The position numbers were made by a program, and so were the translations under genes. Source: an uncultured Caldilinea sp. (GTDB taxonomy: Bacteria; Chloroflexota; Anaerolineae; Caldilineales; Caldilineaceae). Taken from it: a stretch of 64,000 nt of DNA. The stretch is from the NCBI GenBank assembly GCA_937981885.1, contig CALJMI010000001.1:14160-78159 (forward strand), written 5' to 3'. The notes beneath the pieces were generated by a model that was not told the origin of the DNA, did no database searches, and saw only the letters and a program-made list of their open reading frames with translations. Shown here piece by piece: positions 33,960 through 48,205 of the stretch (the stretch's first letter is position 1; each line of letters starts with the position of its first letter).

Positions 33960-36900
33960 CTACTTGGGCATCTGCGCCAGCGCCGTGTAGACCGGCAGCG
34001 GATTCCAGTTCGAGTCCACGATGCCCCACTGCGCTTTTTCCGTGCCGTTGGCGACAACGCGGAAGTTCAGATTCCACAAAAATGCTGGCCCAACCCAGCC
34101 CCAGTTCTTCATCATCTGGTAAGCTTCGACCGTCCACTGCGCCTGTTCGGCGAAATCGTTGTCGTCGGCGTAGCGATAACGCGGATCCATGGCGCCGCCG
34201 GCAGCCCAGCCAAACTCGGTCGGCCAGATTTTCTTGTTGCCGGCGCCGTAGACATTCATGATGTTACGATAGCCCTCCATCGTGCTGCGGAAGCTCCACG
34301 AGTGGTGCGGCGAATCACAGGCGCCGTTGAAGCTGTTGCCGTGTTTCTGAATTGCCTCACAGGCGCCTTCCCAGGTGGCCGATGGCGGGACGTTGTAGCC
34401 GCTCGGATGCGCGCCGACGGCGTCCATATAGTTGTTGGCGCCGGCTTTGAACATCTCTTCGAGATAGGTGAAGTCGTCCATCGCGTAGGGAGGGTTGTTG
34501 CCCGCAGGCGTGAGTGCGCCGCCAACAACTGTCATCGACGGGCAGGCGCTCTTGATTGCATTAAAGGCAGGCGCAAGCAATTGCACATACTCCGCCGGGT
34601 TGAGAGGCTTGTTGCCCCATTCATAATGTAGATTTTGCTCGTTCCATACCTCGATCGCCTTGAGGGACTGTCCGCAATAGCGACCAGCAACTGCGCCGAC
34701 AAAATTGGCGTAGGTCTGTGGATCCTGCGGCGGGCCGCCGACGCCGCGATCAAAGCCCGGCTCACGCGCCCAGTCGGGTGCGTTGACCACGCTAAAAAGG
34801 ACGTTCACGCCACGGCTGCCAGCGGCGTTCACGATTTCATCCATGCCGGGCCAGTCGATCTGACCGGGGCCGCCCGCTTCAAAGCGTTTCCACTCGATCT
34901 GTTGTTTGATCCAGTTGAAGCCAAGACCGCCGACTGAATCAAGAATCGTCCAAATCTGGCCGTTGTCGACAGCGTGCACCTGGACGCCATAGCCAAATCC
35001 ACTTCCACCGCCCGCAGCAGCTACAGGAGCTGTGGGTGCAGACGCTGCCGCTACAGGCTGTTCTTGGGCCGACTCAGCTTGCGCTGGCGCAGGCGCAGGC
35101 GCCGCTGCAACAGCCACGGGCGCCTGCGGCAGATTCTCGACTACAGTTACTGCGTTCTGGTCGCCGCTTGTGGAAGCAAGTTGAGCGATCACCCAGCCAT
35201 TGCGATTATTAAATTCAATTTGCCACCAGTCGGTGCTGGGCGTCCTGCCTGTCACCTTGTAGGACTGACCAGGCGTGATCTGACCAAGCACGTTGAAAGC
35301 TGTTCCCGGCCCCTCGCGTACATTGACAATCTGATCGACAGTTAGCGAGGCGGAAAGAGCAGCGGTTTCAGCTGTAAATTCAGCACTGCGGTTAGCAGCG
35401 GAAAGTGCAAGCATTGCCGATTTGGGTGTGGTCAAGGCCGTGCCGTTTGCATTGACGAGCTGGGCATCGACGCGCAATGCACTGCCAGCGCCGGTCGGCA
35501 TCTGGAAAGCAACTTTCGGACTGTCAAGCGGGCGAATCTGTTGTCCGAGCACACTGCCATCTGCGCTGTAAAGTGTGTAGGCGACTGCCATTTGCGCCGC
35601 TGGCGCTGAAGAGGTCGCTTCACCCATCTGGAAGCGCTGCAAAACCTGCATCGTCGCCGGGTCAATATCGCCGTTGGCAGGCATTTGCAGCGTGACATTG
35701 GTGACATTGAATCTGCGCAGCAGGTCGAGCTTACGCCCCAAGCTGCCTGCCGTTTCAATGTAAACGGTGCGTTCCAATCCCTGATCGTCAAGATAGGTGT
35801 AATAGTAAATGCCTAACGTATCGTCCCATTTCACCTGACCTTGCAGCCTCGGGTTATCGAGGCTGATCGTGATGTTGTTGTCGGCGCCTGGCTCAGCGGC
35901 AATTGTGCCCAACAACGGCGCAAGCGCCTCCTGATACCCTTTGAGCAACAGGTAATTGCCGCTGCGTTCGACAGAGTGCCCTGGTAGTTCGATGGCAAGT
36001 TTGCTGGGGCCGATTTCATCGCTGGCGTAGGCAAGCAGCAGCTCCATCTCGCCGTTGGGAGCGTAGGCGCGCGGGTCAATCGGCGCCGGTACGATCACCG
36101 AAGTCGCGGCTCGGCTCAGTGCACGCCAATCATAGCCGCCCGTGTTCCACTGTTCAGCGGAGACGGGCGTGGCTGGCTCGACGCGCACAGCAAGCGTCCG
36201 GCTATTGGCGGCCATTCGTTCGGCGAGACGGCTAATGAAGCGCGCATAGTCAGCACGAGCGCTTGGCACAGCATCCACGCCACGATAGTCAATCAATAGG
36301 CCCGGATAGCCGTTGACAACCACCAATTCTTCCAGCGTATTCAACTGGTTGTCTTGCAGACCAGGATCGACCAGGAGATTGTTGATCAAATCGGTGCGTA
36401 CGGTCTGCCCCTCGACGTTGGTGATGATCGGCACAGTAGAGCCTGTATTGGGCGGCGCCTGCCCATCAAGACCGCCGTCGCCGCGCAGATTAAGCACACC
36501 GCGCGCCTCGTTGGTCACGACTGCGCCCTGTGGCAGTTGTCCGTTAAGACCCAGGTTCATCGTTACAGCCGGCACGCCGGCCAATGTTTGGACGACCATA
36601 AAATCGCCTGGGACATAGTCGAGGCGCGCTTCAAGCACATCCGCCTCCGCCAACACACGTGCTGGCATGTGGCGCCATGTATCACCCGTCCACTCGTAGA
36701 CGGCAAGCGTCTCGTAGGGCAGGCTGTCATTTGGAATTGGGATTGTGACGATTGTCTGGAGCGGTTCACGTCCGCGCACTTCGACATGATAGACAGGACT
36801 TTTGGCGATCAGTGTGTCGGGCAAATTCTGCGCTGCTTTGTACATTCTGTCGCCAGCGCGACCTTCGATAAAATTCGTGCGCGGCGTGCTGGTGATTCTT

Positions 36901-37166
36901 GCCTGGAAATTCGCCAATACGCCCTCTGCCGGGAAATTGACAGTTGTTCCGTCGGGATCGATCACCGCTCCGCCAGTGTTGGCGTTGATTCGCTCAAGCG
37001 TAAACGACTGAAGGCGATCCAGAAGGCTGATTGGGGGAAGCAACAGAATGGCAACGAGCAATCCTGGAATCAGGATAAAGGTCATCAGCCAGGCTGCCGG
37101 GCCTTCCAGAATTCGACCAACGCCGCCCGATGAGGGCGAACGGCGGTCTAACCGAGTATTCTGCAT
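33960..37166 (-). CDS. Membrane-anchored multidomain protein: degenerate GH18-like domain, SH3b, clan GH-A hydrolase
   Basis: N-terminal TM; [10 protein letters not shown] and GGYDW.AL GH18-like segment; [10 protein letters not shown]3b; VWNEQN and PTEFGW. Confidence 0.8.
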   Translation of the reverse strand: MQNTRLDRRSPSSGGVGRILEGPAAWLMTFILIPGLLVAILLLPPISLLDRLQSFTLERINANTGGAVIDPDGTTVNFPAEGVLANFQARITSTPRTNFIEGRAGDRMYKAAQNLPDTLIAKSPVYHVEVRGREPLQTIVTIPIPNDSLPYETLAVYEWTGDTWRHMPARVLAEADVLEARLDYVPGDFMVVQTLAGVPAVTMNLGLNGQLPQGAVVTNEARGVLNLRGDGGLDGQAPPNTGSTVPIITNVEGQTVRTDLINNLLVDPGLQDNQLNTLEELVVVNGYPGLLIDYRGVDAVPSARADYARFISRLAERMAANSRTLAVRVEPATPVSAEQWNTGGYDWRALSRAATSVIVPAPIDPRAYAPNGEMELLLAYASDEIGPSKLAIELPGHSVERSGNYLLLKGYQEALAPLLGTIAAEPGADNNITISLDNPRLQGQVKWDDTLGIYYYTYLDDQGLERTVYIETAGSLGRKLDLLRRFNVTNVTLQMPANGDIDPATMQVLQRFQMGEATSSAPAAQMAVAYTLYSADGSVLGQQIRPLDSPKVAFQMPTGAGSALRVDAQLVNANGTALTTPKSAMLALSAANRSAEFTAETAALSASLTVDQIVNVREGPGTAFNVLGQITPGQSYKVTGRTPSTDWWQIEFNNRNGWVIAQLASTSGDQNAVTVVENLPQAPVAVAAAPAPAPAQAESAQEQPVAAASAPTAPVAAAGGGSGFGYGVQVHAVDNGQIWTILDSVGGLGFNWIKQQIEWKRFEAGGPGQIDWPGMDEIVNAAGSRGVNVLFSVVNAPDWAREPGFDRGVGGPPQDPQTYANFVGAVAGRYCGQSLKAIEVWNEQNLHYEWGNKPLNPAEYVQLLAPAFNAIKSACPSMTVVGGALTPAGNNPPYAMDDFTYLEEMFKAGANNYMDAVGAHPSGYNVPPSATWEGACEAIQKHGNSFNGACDSPHHSWSFRSTMEGYRNIMNVYGAGNKKIWPTEFGWAAGGAMDPRYRYADDNDFAEQAQWTVEAYQMMKNWGWVGPAFLWNLNFRVVANGTEKAQWGIVDSNWNPLPVYTALAQMPK

Positions 37167-37516
37167 CTTTTTCTACTCCTTAACCAATCAATGCACCGAT
37201 TCACATTCACACTTTGTCGAAGCATTCGTCATCGCATTCGTCATCGAGAATCCACTCTTGCTCGCCAAAGCGCGACTCATCGCCGCGGTTTCACAGGCTA
37301 CGATACGAACCGTGAATGAGTGCCTACCGTGAATACAGTCAAGTTGTTATATTAGCATATCAAAAAATTGTCTGCCAAAACCACTTTTGATTTTTGCTAC
37401 TTGGGACCAGAAACTGCACTTACAACTGGGCGGATGCAAGGCGGCTTTCTGACATACGTGTCCGTCTGGTCGAATAATTTCGCATGCCGTTTTGTGTCGA
37501 TGGTATACTCCCCCTT

Positions 37517-38866
37517 ATGTCTTACGAACTTTCAGACGAGCCATCCTATTCGACAGAGTCACAACGTTCGCGGGTCTGGCTTGAACGTCTATTGCTGGCG
37601 GCTTTTCTATTCTGCCTACTAATTGGCCTTGGCGCTCTGGCAATCTTTCTTGTTGTGCGCAACAATGCGCAACCCTCTCTTAACGCAGATCCATTGCAAT
37701 TGGTTCGCTATAATTTTATCGCACCCCAGATTGCGCTGCGCGAACTGAGCGGCGACCCGGCTGCCGCTCTGGCAAGTCAGCTGCTGCAAGCCGGGCGCCT
37801 GGAGACGGCGCGCGCGATTTTAACCTTTGCTGTCGATATTTCGCCCGTCGAACGCGCCGCGCGCCTGACAACGCTTGCACGTGCTTATCTCGCCGCCAAC
37901 GAGCCAGAGTCTGCCGGTCAAGTCTACGCGCTGCTGGTCTCTACAGCGATACTCGAGGACACAATCCCGATTCTTGAGCGCGTCAATCTTCTGACCCAAA
38001 GCGCCGACGGGCTGTTCAAGGCTGGCTTTCCGGCTGCGGCTATCGATGCCGCTGTCCAGGCGACGCGCATCGCTGCACAGTCGCCTGGACTTTTGCCAGC
38101 GCAACGCAGCGCCCTCTTCACCGAGTTGCGTTCGGTGGTCGAGTCGCTGCCCAGAGCAGATTCTGCGGTCGTTTCGTTGCGAGCCTTGCTTGCCGACTAC
38201 GCCCGCAATCCTTATCTTACCGGCGCAGGGATGGTGGTGACACCGACGCTGACGACGTTTCCCCAACTAATAGCCTACGATTCCCTGACGCAGGAAAAAA
38301 TTGCAACGCGACGTCAGGCTGCGCGTATTTTGGCCGATCGGATCGACTTTACCGGCGGCGTGGATATTGAACCAGAGCGCCAGGCATTGGCGCAGGCGTT
38401 GATCGAGGAGGATCAAGCGCGCATACAGTTCTATCAGAACCCCGGTGAGATATCGCGTGGGCAGCAGTTGTGGCTGTTGCTCGACCGTCGCGCCTGGCTT
38501 GTTGAGAAGCTGCGCATTGCGCTTGGCGGCTATGGCGTCACCATTGTGCCGGAGTGGGAAGCACAGGTCGACGCTATCCGCAGCGAGTTGGCCGCTGCAC
38601 ATGGTTTTCTCAACATGGTGATGGCTGCCTACGCCGCCGAGCAGCCGGGCGCGCTGGAAAAAACGCTGCTTCAGATCGAGACGCAGCACTGGCTTGCTGC
38701 ACAGGCAATGCGCGGCCTCTACCCCAATGCACCGAGAGCCAACATCAGCGAAGTGCTGCGCGGTCTGCAAGATGAACTCAAACGGCAGGGCGATCCCCTG
38801 GCGCTGCCTATCATCTACGAAGAAAATGCCAATCCGCCCGGGTTCCGCATCCAACCTGCGCCGTAA
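37517..38866 (+). CDS. Hypothetical membrane-anchored alpha-helical protein
   Basis: Long ORF with a single N-terminal TM and Ala/Leu-rich helical (TPR-like) body; divergent from the GH operon. Confidence 0.75.
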   Translation: MSYELSDEPSYSTESQRSRVWLERLLLAAFLFCLLIGLGALAIFLVVRNNAQPSLNADPLQLVRYNFIAPQIALRELSGDPAAALASQLLQAGRLETARAILTFAVDISPVERAARLTTLARAYLAANEPESAGQVYALLVSTAILEDTIPILERVNLLTQSADGLFKAGFPAAAIDAAVQATRIAAQSPGLLPAQRSALFTELRSVVESLPRADSAVVSLRALLADYARNPYLTGAGMVVTPTLTTFPQLIAYDSLTQEKIATRRQAARILADRIDFTGGVDIEPERQALAQALIEEDQARIQFYQNPGEISRGQQLWLLLDRRAWLVEKLRIALGGYGVTIVPEWEAQVDAIRSELAAAHGFLNMVMAAYAAEQPGALEKTLLQIETQHWLAAQAMRGLYPNAPRANISEVLRGLQDELKRQGDPLALPIIYEENANPPGFRIQPAP

Positions 38867-38986
38867 AATAGACGAACAATTTTTGTTTGTATGTTTTCGC
38901 TGGCTTCACGGTCATTCTGAAAATGAAGAAATCGTCATCTCTGGGAAAGCGTTGTGCGAACGTAGGGAAAGGGTCTGCAATTACGG

Positions 38987-39015
38987 TTGACAGCATTCAG
39001 ACTCCGGCGTATACT
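38987..39015 (+). promoter_or_regulatory. sigma70 promoter
   Basis: TTGACA-17-TATACT. Confidence 0.85.
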
Positions 39016-39111
39016 GTAGTTGTCGTTAACGAACGATTAACAGGCAAGTTCACCGGTGCAGTGACGTCAGGCTATCTTCAGAGCATCTGCAGTCAAGGAG
39101 GGCGCGTAACG

Positions 39112-39159
39112 GTGACGATCAAAACGATGATCGTGAAATTTCGGTCGATAATATGGTGA
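39112..39159 (+). CDS. Putative 15-codon leader peptide / small protein (MTIKTMIVKFRSIIW)
   Basis: AAGGAGG (39095-39101) 10 nt before a GTG start; stop lies directly before a terminator. Confidence 0.4.
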   Translation: MTIKTMIVKFRSIIW

Positions 39160-39161
39160 TC

Positions 39162-39194
39162 ACACCCAGTGTGCGGCTGCGCCTGGGTGTTTTT
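39162..39194 (+). terminator. Intrinsic terminator / attenuator within the leader of the SWIM gene
   Basis: ACACCCAG...CTGGGTGT stem with inner GTGC/GCGC pairing, followed by TTTT. Confidence 0.8.
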
Positions 39195-39274
39195 GTTCGG
39201 TTTTTCTGAGCCAGCGGCCAGACGATTGTGGCCGACCAACTGTTTTCCTCAATATTCAACGAAAGGATCGAACC

Positions 39275-39526
39275 ATGGACTCAGCGGTGAGCAGAATCCT
39301 CAAAGCCAAACAGTACGCAGCAGAACGCGACCATCGCATCAAGGTTCACAGCTTCGAGGTCGAACTTCATGGCGACAATCACACCCATCTTGTTCGCTAT
39401 GATCGGGGCGCATGGAAGTGCGACTGCGAAGAGTTTCAACTGCGCGGCGTCTGTGCACACGTGATGGCAATGGAAGAGATTCTTGGCGACTCCGTAGAGC
39501 CAGCCATGTACACAATGGTGCGCTAG
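39275..39526 (+). CDS. Small SWIM-type zinc-finger protein
   Basis: WKCDC...CAH (CxC-xn-CxH); AAAGGA SD. Confidence 0.85.
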   Translation: MDSAVSRILKAKQYAAERDHRIKVHSFEVELHGDNHTHLVRYDRGAWKCDCEEFQLRGVCAHVMAMEEILGDSVEPAMYTMVR

Positions 39527-39550
39527 AACAACCCGACGCACACAATCAAA

Positions 39551-39594
39551 TAGCGAACAAAAAGGGGCGAGCATTCGTCCCTTTTTGTTCGTTA
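39551..39594. terminator. Bidirectional-type terminator
   Basis: CGAACAAAAAGGG...CCCTTTTTGTTCG long inverted repeat. Confidence 0.85.
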
Positions 39595-39714
39595 ACCCCA
39601 GCGTTGACGAAGAGCATAGAAGTTGCAGACAAAACATCGCCAACAGGTTTGGGCGCTCGACCTCGGCTATGATATTCTGCGCTATGTTTACGTGAAGTCA
39701 TTTCGGGAGATCGA

Positions 39715-40791
39715 GTGCTCTTGAAGCGTTATTGGCAGCTTGCAATTGGTATATTCGTCAGCGCATTTTTTATCTATCTGGCGTTGCCCGGACTTCATCT
39801 GCCGGATGTCGCTGAAGCGCTGCAAACGGCGAACTACTGGTGGCTGCTCCCTGGCGTTGGCGTCTATCTGATCGGTCTTTGGGCGCGGACATGGCGCTGG
39901 CAATACATATTACGCCCGGTGCAACTGGTTCCGGTGAAAACCCTCTTCCCGATGATCTGCATCGGCTACTTCGGCAATAATGTCTTCCCGTTCCGCGCTG
40001 GCGAGCTGCTGCGCTCCTACGTGCTCAAGCGGCGCACGAACATCGCCATTTCGACCAGCCTGGCGACCGTGATCATCGAACGCATCACCGATGGACTGGT
40101 AATGTTGTTGTTCGTATTTCTGGCGCTGCCCTTTGCGCCGATGCCCGACTTCTTTCGCAATGCTGTGATCCTGATGACAGTGCTTTTTCTGGCGGCGACG
40201 ATCGTGTTTATGTGGATGGCAAGCCGACCACAGCGCGTCGAGCAAGCCTATGCATTGGTGGCTGGCTCGCTGTTGCGCGGGCGCGTGCGCCAAAAGAGCG
40301 ACGATCTCTACTATCGCTTCATGCTTGGTTTGCGCAGCCTCAGCCATCCCTCTGATGTCATTATGATCTTCTTCACGAGCATAATTATCTGGCTGCTTGA
40401 GACGGTCAAATACTGGTTTGTGATGCACGCCTTTGATTTTTCGGTCAGTTTCCTGGTGTTGATGTTGATGAACGGGCTGGTCAACCTGGCGACGACGCTG
40501 CCCGCTGCGCCCGGCTACATCGGCACCTTCGACACGCCTGGCATCAAGACGCTGGCTGCGTTCGGCGTCGATCCGTCGGTTGCCGCCAGCTACACCTTCA
40601 CGCTGCACGCGGCGTTGTGGGCGCCGGTGACATTGTTGGGCGGCTATTATTTCTGGCGCGAACATCTGCGCCTGAGCGATATTGAGGCGGCGCGCCGGCA
40701 AGCGGAAAGCGCGCCTGCGCCGCAGGTGGAAACGCCTCGCCCCGGGGAAGCGACAGATTCCTCCGCGACGAGCAATAAAGTACTGTTGTAG
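39715..40791 (+). CDS. Lysylphosphatidylglycerol-synthase TM / flippase-like (UPF0104) protein
   Basis: RTWRW, N..FP.RAGE..R, ERI.D and PGYIGTF motifs; multi-TM. Confidence 0.88.
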   Translation: MLLKRYWQLAIGIFVSAFFIYLALPGLHLPDVAEALQTANYWWLLPGVGVYLIGLWARTWRWQYILRPVQLVPVKTLFPMICIGYFGNNVFPFRAGELLRSYVLKRRTNIAISTSLATVIIERITDGLVMLLFVFLALPFAPMPDFFRNAVILMTVLFLAATIVFMWMASRPQRVEQAYALVAGSLLRGRVRQKSDDLYYRFMLGLRSLSHPSDVIMIFFTSIIIWLLETVKYWFVMHAFDFSVSFLVLMLMNGLVNLATTLPAAPGYIGTFDTPGIKTLAAFGVDPSVAASYTFTLHAALWAPVTLLGGYYFWREHLRLSDIEAARRQAESAPAPQVETPRPGEATDSSATSNKVLL

Positions 40792-40833
40792 GATATACGT
40801 ATGAGTAAACAGCAGAACCACAGGAGAAGAAAT

Positions 40834-42153
<1,320 letters not shown>

Positions 42154-42161
42154 CGCCGAAG

Positions 42162-43457
42162 ATGGCAGCAATCCACGGCTTGATTCGCTCGACGCTCGAT
42201 AATGGTTTGCAGGTGCTGCTTCGCCCAAGTCACCGCGCGCCGGTCGCCAGCTTCTGGACCTTCTATCGCGTCGGCAGCCGCAACGAAGCGCCCGGTCACA
42301 CCGGCGTCAGTCACTGGGTCGAACACATGCTCTTCAAGGGCACGCCACGCTTTCCGCGCGGCGAATTCGACAAAGCAATCGCGCGCGCCGGCGGCGTCTT
42401 CAACGGCATGACGGGGCAGGATTGGACGGTCTACTTCGAGACGTTGCCCGCCGAGCGCATCGATCTGGCGCTGCACGTCGAGAGCGACCGCATGGCGAAC
42501 GCCGTCTTCGACCCCGACGAGACCGAGCTGGAGCGCACAGTCATCTTGAGCGAGCGCGAGGGCAGCGAGAACAGCGAATTCTACCGTCTGCATGAAGAAG
42601 TGCAGGCGACCGCTTTCCTGGTGCACAGCTATCGCAACCCGATCATCGGCTGGCGCTCCGATCTGCGCACGCTGACGCGCGATATGCTCTACGCACACTA
42701 TCGCACCTTCTACGCCGCCAACAACGCCGTCATCGTCGTCACGGGCGCCTTCGAGCCGGCGGCGATGTTGGCACAGATCGAACAGCATTTTGGCGTGATA
42801 CCACCCGCGCCTTCCCCGCCAGCAGTGACCATCGAGGAGCCGCCCCAACGCGCCGAACGGCGCATCCTGCTGCGCGGCGAAGAGCCGACCGCATACTACC
42901 TGCAAGTCTTCCATGCGCCTCCTGCGCTGCACGAAGATTTCTTCCCCTTTGTCGTGCTCGACTCGGTGCTGGGCGGCGCCAAAGGCATGGGCATCTTTGG
43001 CGGCGGCGCCAACAACCGCAGCAATCGCCTCTATCGCGCCCTGGTGGAGCAGCAGTTGACCGTGGATGTGGCGTCGAGCTTTGGGCCTACTATCAACCCT
43101 GGTCTGTTCACGATCAGCGCAACGCTGGCGCCTGATGTCGAGCATCAGGCTGTCGAAGCTGCGATTTGGGCCGAGATCGAGGCGATCCAGCGCGAGGGCG
43201 TCACCGCCACAGAGATGGAGAAAGCGATCAAACAGACGCGCGCGCAGTTCGCCTATAGCAGCGAGAGCGTCACCTACCAGGCGTTCTGGCTCGGCTTCAG
43301 CGAGATCGTCGCCTCGCAGGAATGGCTGGTGACCTGGAGTGAGCGCCTGCAGGCAGTCACCGCCGCCGATGTGCAGCGCGTTGCCCGCACGCACCTGCAG
43401 CGCGACCGCCAGACCGTTGGCTACTATATCCCAACGTCGGCGACTGAGGAGGTGTGA
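42162..43457 (+). CDS. M16B peptidase, catalytic subunit
   Basis: GSRNE and HWVEHM (HxxEH) motifs. Confidence 0.93.
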   Translation: MAAIHGLIRSTLDNGLQVLLRPSHRAPVASFWTFYRVGSRNEAPGHTGVSHWVEHMLFKGTPRFPRGEFDKAIARAGGVFNGMTGQDWTVYFETLPAERIDLALHVESDRMANAVFDPDETELERTVILSEREGSENSEFYRLHEEVQATAFLVHSYRNPIIGWRSDLRTLTRDMLYAHYRTFYAANNAVIVVTGAFEPAAMLAQIEQHFGVIPPAPSPPAVTIEEPPQRAERRILLRGEEPTAYYLQVFHAPPALHEDFFPFVVLDSVLGGAKGMGIFGGGANNRSNRLYRALVEQQLTVDVASSFGPTINPGLFTISATLAPDVEHQAVEAAIWAEIEAIQREGVTATEMEKAIKQTRAQFAYSSESVTYQAFWLGFSEIVASQEWLVTWSERLQAVTAADVQRVARTHLQRDRQTVGYYIPTSATEEV

Positions 43458-44743
43458 TGAAGAGCATTGCCAACGCCCTCCCCAGCCCGGAGACTGTGTT
43501 CCGCACAACTCTTCCCAATGGCCTCACCATCCTTGTGCGCGAGGATCATACGTCACCGGTGACGGTGCTACAAGGCTCGCTGCGCGTCGGCGCCGCCCAC
43601 GAAACGCCCGAACAAGCCGGACTGGCTGCATTCGTTGCAGGTATGCTCACGCGCGGCAGCGCCCACTATGACTACAGCGCCTTCAACGCCGCGGTCGAGA
43701 ATGTCGGCGCGTCGCTGACCGCTTCGGCGGACATTCACAGCACCGACTTCAGCATCACCTCGCTCGCCGAGGATTTCGAGCAGATGATTCGCCTGCTGGC
43801 AGACATCATGCGCCGCCCCACCTTTCCTGAAGATCACATCGAGCGGCTGCGCCGCATGAAACTGGTGCACATCCAGGAACGCGAGCAGGACACCGCCAGC
43901 GTCGCCGCGCGGCGCTTCAACGAAAGTCTCTTTGGTCGCCGCCATCCTTACGGGCGCGCAACTGAAGGCTACACGGAGACAGTTTCTGCGTTGCAGCGTC
44001 AGGATTTGGTCGATTTTCACACATGTTGGTATACGCCACGAGAGGGCGTACTTGCCATCGCTGGAGACGTGGACGCCCGCCGTATTGTGGATGTGGTGGC
44101 TGACGCGCTGGGCGACTGGCAAACGAACGCGCCGCCCCAGCCGCCGATCGAGCCGACGCGCATCGTCGATTTCCAACGCATCCACGCGCCGATGCCTGGC
44201 AAAGTGCAAAGCGACCTGGTGATCGGCGGTTACGGCGTGCGCCGCAGCGACCCGGACTTCTACGCCGTGCGCGTCGCCAACTGCATCCTGGGCCAATTCG
44301 GCATGATGGGGCGGCTGGGCGAGCGCGTGCGCGAGGAGCAGGGGCTGGCGTACTACTGCTACAGCGCCTCTGTGGCCGAACAGGAGGATGGACTCTGGTT
44401 CGCCGCTGCGGGCGTCAATCCGGCTGACGTCGGCGCTGCCATCGAGAGCATCCTGGCGGAGTTCGCGCGACTTGGCGCTGAGCCGGTCAACGCCGAGGAA
44501 TTGGCGGACAGCCAGGCATATCTGACCGGCGTTGTGCCGCTGACGCTGGAGACCAATGAGGGCGTTGCCTCGACCCTGCTCAGCTTGGAATGGTACGGGC
44601 TGGGGCTGGACTACCTGCAGCGCTATCCGTCGTTGATCTACAACGTCACTGTGGAAGATGTGCAGCGCGTCACCGCCCGCTATCTCGCGCCGGAGCGCTG
44701 CGTGATTTCGACTGCCGGGCCCGATTTGATAGAACGCGGATGA
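43457..44743 (+). CDS. M16B peptidase, non-catalytic partner subunit
   Basis: Same fold without HxxEH; has VREEQGLAY (R/Y pair); translationally coupled to the upstream gene. Confidence 0.9.
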   Translation: MKSIANALPSPETVFRTTLPNGLTILVREDHTSPVTVLQGSLRVGAAHETPEQAGLAAFVAGMLTRGSAHYDYSAFNAAVENVGASLTASADIHSTDFSITSLAEDFEQMIRLLADIMRRPTFPEDHIERLRRMKLVHIQEREQDTASVAARRFNESLFGRRHPYGRATEGYTETVSALQRQDLVDFHTCWYTPREGVLAIAGDVDARRIVDVVADALGDWQTNAPPQPPIEPTRIVDFQRIHAPMPGKVQSDLVIGGYGVRRSDPDFYAVRVANCILGQFGMMGRLGERVREEQGLAYYCYSASVAEQEDGLWFAAAGVNPADVGAAIESILAEFARLGAEPVNAEELADSQAYLTGVVPLTLETNEGVASTLLSLEWYGLGLDYLQRYPSLIYNVTVEDVQRVTARYLAPERCVISTAGPDLIERG

Positions 44744-44816
44744 CGCGGATCGGGCGGATATTCGCGGATCAAAAAATCTGCGAGAGTCTTCTCAATCCGC
44801 GTCATCCGCGTTCTAT
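44729..44816. repeat. 88-bp element with 22-bp perfect terminal inverted repeats built from 9-mers
   Basis: ATAGAACGCGGATGACGCGGAT (44729-44750) / ATCCGCGTCATCCGCGTTCTAT (44795-44816). Confidence 0.85.
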
Positions 44817-44846
44817 TCTTTGTCTTTAAACTTTTGGGGTATCGAC

Positions 44847-45212
44847 ATGCTTCGCACAGGCGTTGACCTGATCGAGATCGAACGTGTGCGCGCCGCCATT
44901 GCCGAGCACGGCGACCGCTTCCTAGGTCGCGTCTACACGGCGGCGGAGCTAGAATATTGCGGTCGCCGCGTCGAGTCACTGGCCGCGCGCTTCGCCGCCA
45001 AGGAGGCGGTCGCCAAAGCGCTGGGTACGGGCGTCTGGCGCAGCGGTGTGCGGTGGACCGACATCGAAGTGACGAAAGTGGAAAACGGAGCGCCCCAACT
45101 CACCTTGCATGGCGCCGCAGCCGAGATTGCTCGGGCGATGGGTCTCGTGGAGTGGTCGATCAGCCTTAGCCATGACCGAAGATATTCGATAGCGTTTGTG
45201 GTTGCGATGTAG
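44847..45212 (+). CDS. acpS: Holo-ACP synthase
   Basis: GVDLIEI.R, AARFAAKEAVAKALG, G.P.L and SISLSHD motifs. Confidence 0.96.
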   Translation: MLRTGVDLIEIERVRAAIAEHGDRFLGRVYTAAELEYCGRRVESLAARFAAKEAVAKALGTGVWRSGVRWTDIEVTKVENGAPQLTLHGAAAEIARAMGLVEWSISLSHDRRYSIAFVVAM

Positions 45213-45248
45213 TGTTTTCTATACATGGAGCGCAGGAGCGAATATCGT

Positions 45249-45581
45249 ATGACTGAATTTATTCAGGTGATCACCACCGTAGACAGCGAAGAAGAGGCGC
45301 AGAATATCGCTGGCGCCGTGGTCGGCGAACGGCTGGCAGCGTGCGCGCAGGTGCTTGGCCCCATCTCAAGCACCTATCACTGGAACGACGCTATCGAGAG
45401 TGCAGAAGAATGGCTGATCTTGATCAAGAGCCGGCGCGACCTTTTCAATGAACTGAGCGGGCTGATCCAGCAGGTTCACCCCTACGACGTGCCAGAGATT
45501 CTTGCCGTGCCCGTCGTAGAGGGTGCACGCAGCTATCTCGACTGGATGCGCGGCAATCTCAAGGGCATGCGTAGCGCGTGA
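45249..45581 (+). CDS. cutA: Divalent-cation tolerance protein CutA
   Basis: [17 protein letters not shown] and YLDW motifs. Confidence 0.95.
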   Translation: MTEFIQVITTVDSEEEAQNIAGAVVGERLAACAQVLGPISSTYHWNDAIESAEEWLILIKSRRDLFNELSGLIQQVHPYDVPEILAVPVVEGARSYLDWMRGNLKGMRSA

Positions 45582-45699
45582 GATTGGAGATTGGGAGATT
45601 GGAGATTGGTGACAACGAGTCATGACTCATTAGTCACGAGTCACGGTTCTCCCTCTTTGCATTTCGTCTTCGCCCCTCGCCCCTCGTAACTCGCCCCTC
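45580..45699. repeat. Three adjacent heptamer tandem-repeat tracts
   Basis: GAGATTG(G) x4, ACGAGTC-like x4 and TCGCCCC-like x4-5 filling the gap between convergent genes. Confidence 0.8.
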
Positions 45700-47577
<1,878 letters not shown>

Positions 47578-47723
47578 AGCGTGCTCATTTCTCTGTAGAG
47601 TTTCCTCAAAACCGATGCAGTATAGCATAATGCAACAGATCAGGATGTTACCTGATGAACGTAATGAGGGGATCGCACATTAGTATTCTGTTGCGCTGGC
47701 CACGGTCATAGTGCAGTGAGACG

Positions 47724-48080
47724 ATGTCAGTAGACGAGGTAAAACTCGGCACAATGAGTCCAGAAATTGACGAGAAGACGTTGCACGACAAAGTCACCCG
47801 TGGTGCAGCGCTCACCAAGGAAGAACAGGCTGTGCTTGCAGCGTGGTACAGCAGCGAAGATGCGGCTGAAGCCAGAGTCATCAACGCTGGGGGTGACACA
47901 GATCCATTGGCGTCGATGTGCGCACGGATTCAAACGATAGAGGCCGAGAATGAGCGACTTTGCATCGAGATCGCAGCACTCCGTCATCAACTTGCCAACA
48001 CGGTAAGCCGTTCAGACTGCATGAGCATCTCAGAGCTTGAGGAGTATGAGGATCGCCTTGCGCGTGGAGAAATCAAGTAG
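47724..48080 (+). CDS. Small hypothetical coiled-coil protein
   Basis: 118-aa ORF filling the intergenic space, with a heptad pattern. Start may be 47754. Confidence 0.55.
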   Translation: MSVDEVKLGTMSPEIDEKTLHDKVTRGAALTKEEQAVLAAWYSSEDAAEARVINAGGDTDPLASMCARIQTIEAENERLCIEIAALRHQLANTVSRSDCMSISELEEYEDRLARGEIK

Positions 48081-48205
48081 TGATGACCTTATCCGTAGTT
48101 TTGCCATCGACATCAGGCGTGAGTTGTCAGTCCGCCACTGTTCCCGGCCTCAAGACAAACGCGCTGCCCACACCAACCACTACTAGTAGAAATCTGGTGT
48201 AATCC

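Noticed and set aside
37222-37246. GCATTCGTCATC x2 tandem
   Set aside because: Only two copies; most simply a slippage duplication.
39022-39194. 6S RNA or T-box assignment for the SWIM leader
   Set aside because: I could not see end-to-end rod pairing or a T-box motif; left as an unknown leader pending an Rfam scan.
42162-44743. Second M16 gene lacking HxxEH as a novel pseudoenzyme
   Set aside because: Catalytic/non-catalytic M16B heterodimers are well established.
47578-47720. SAM riboswitch upstream of the yitJ-like gene
   Set aside because: No S-box consensus is visible, and a TGCTATACT extended -10 lies only ~40 nt upstream of the start.
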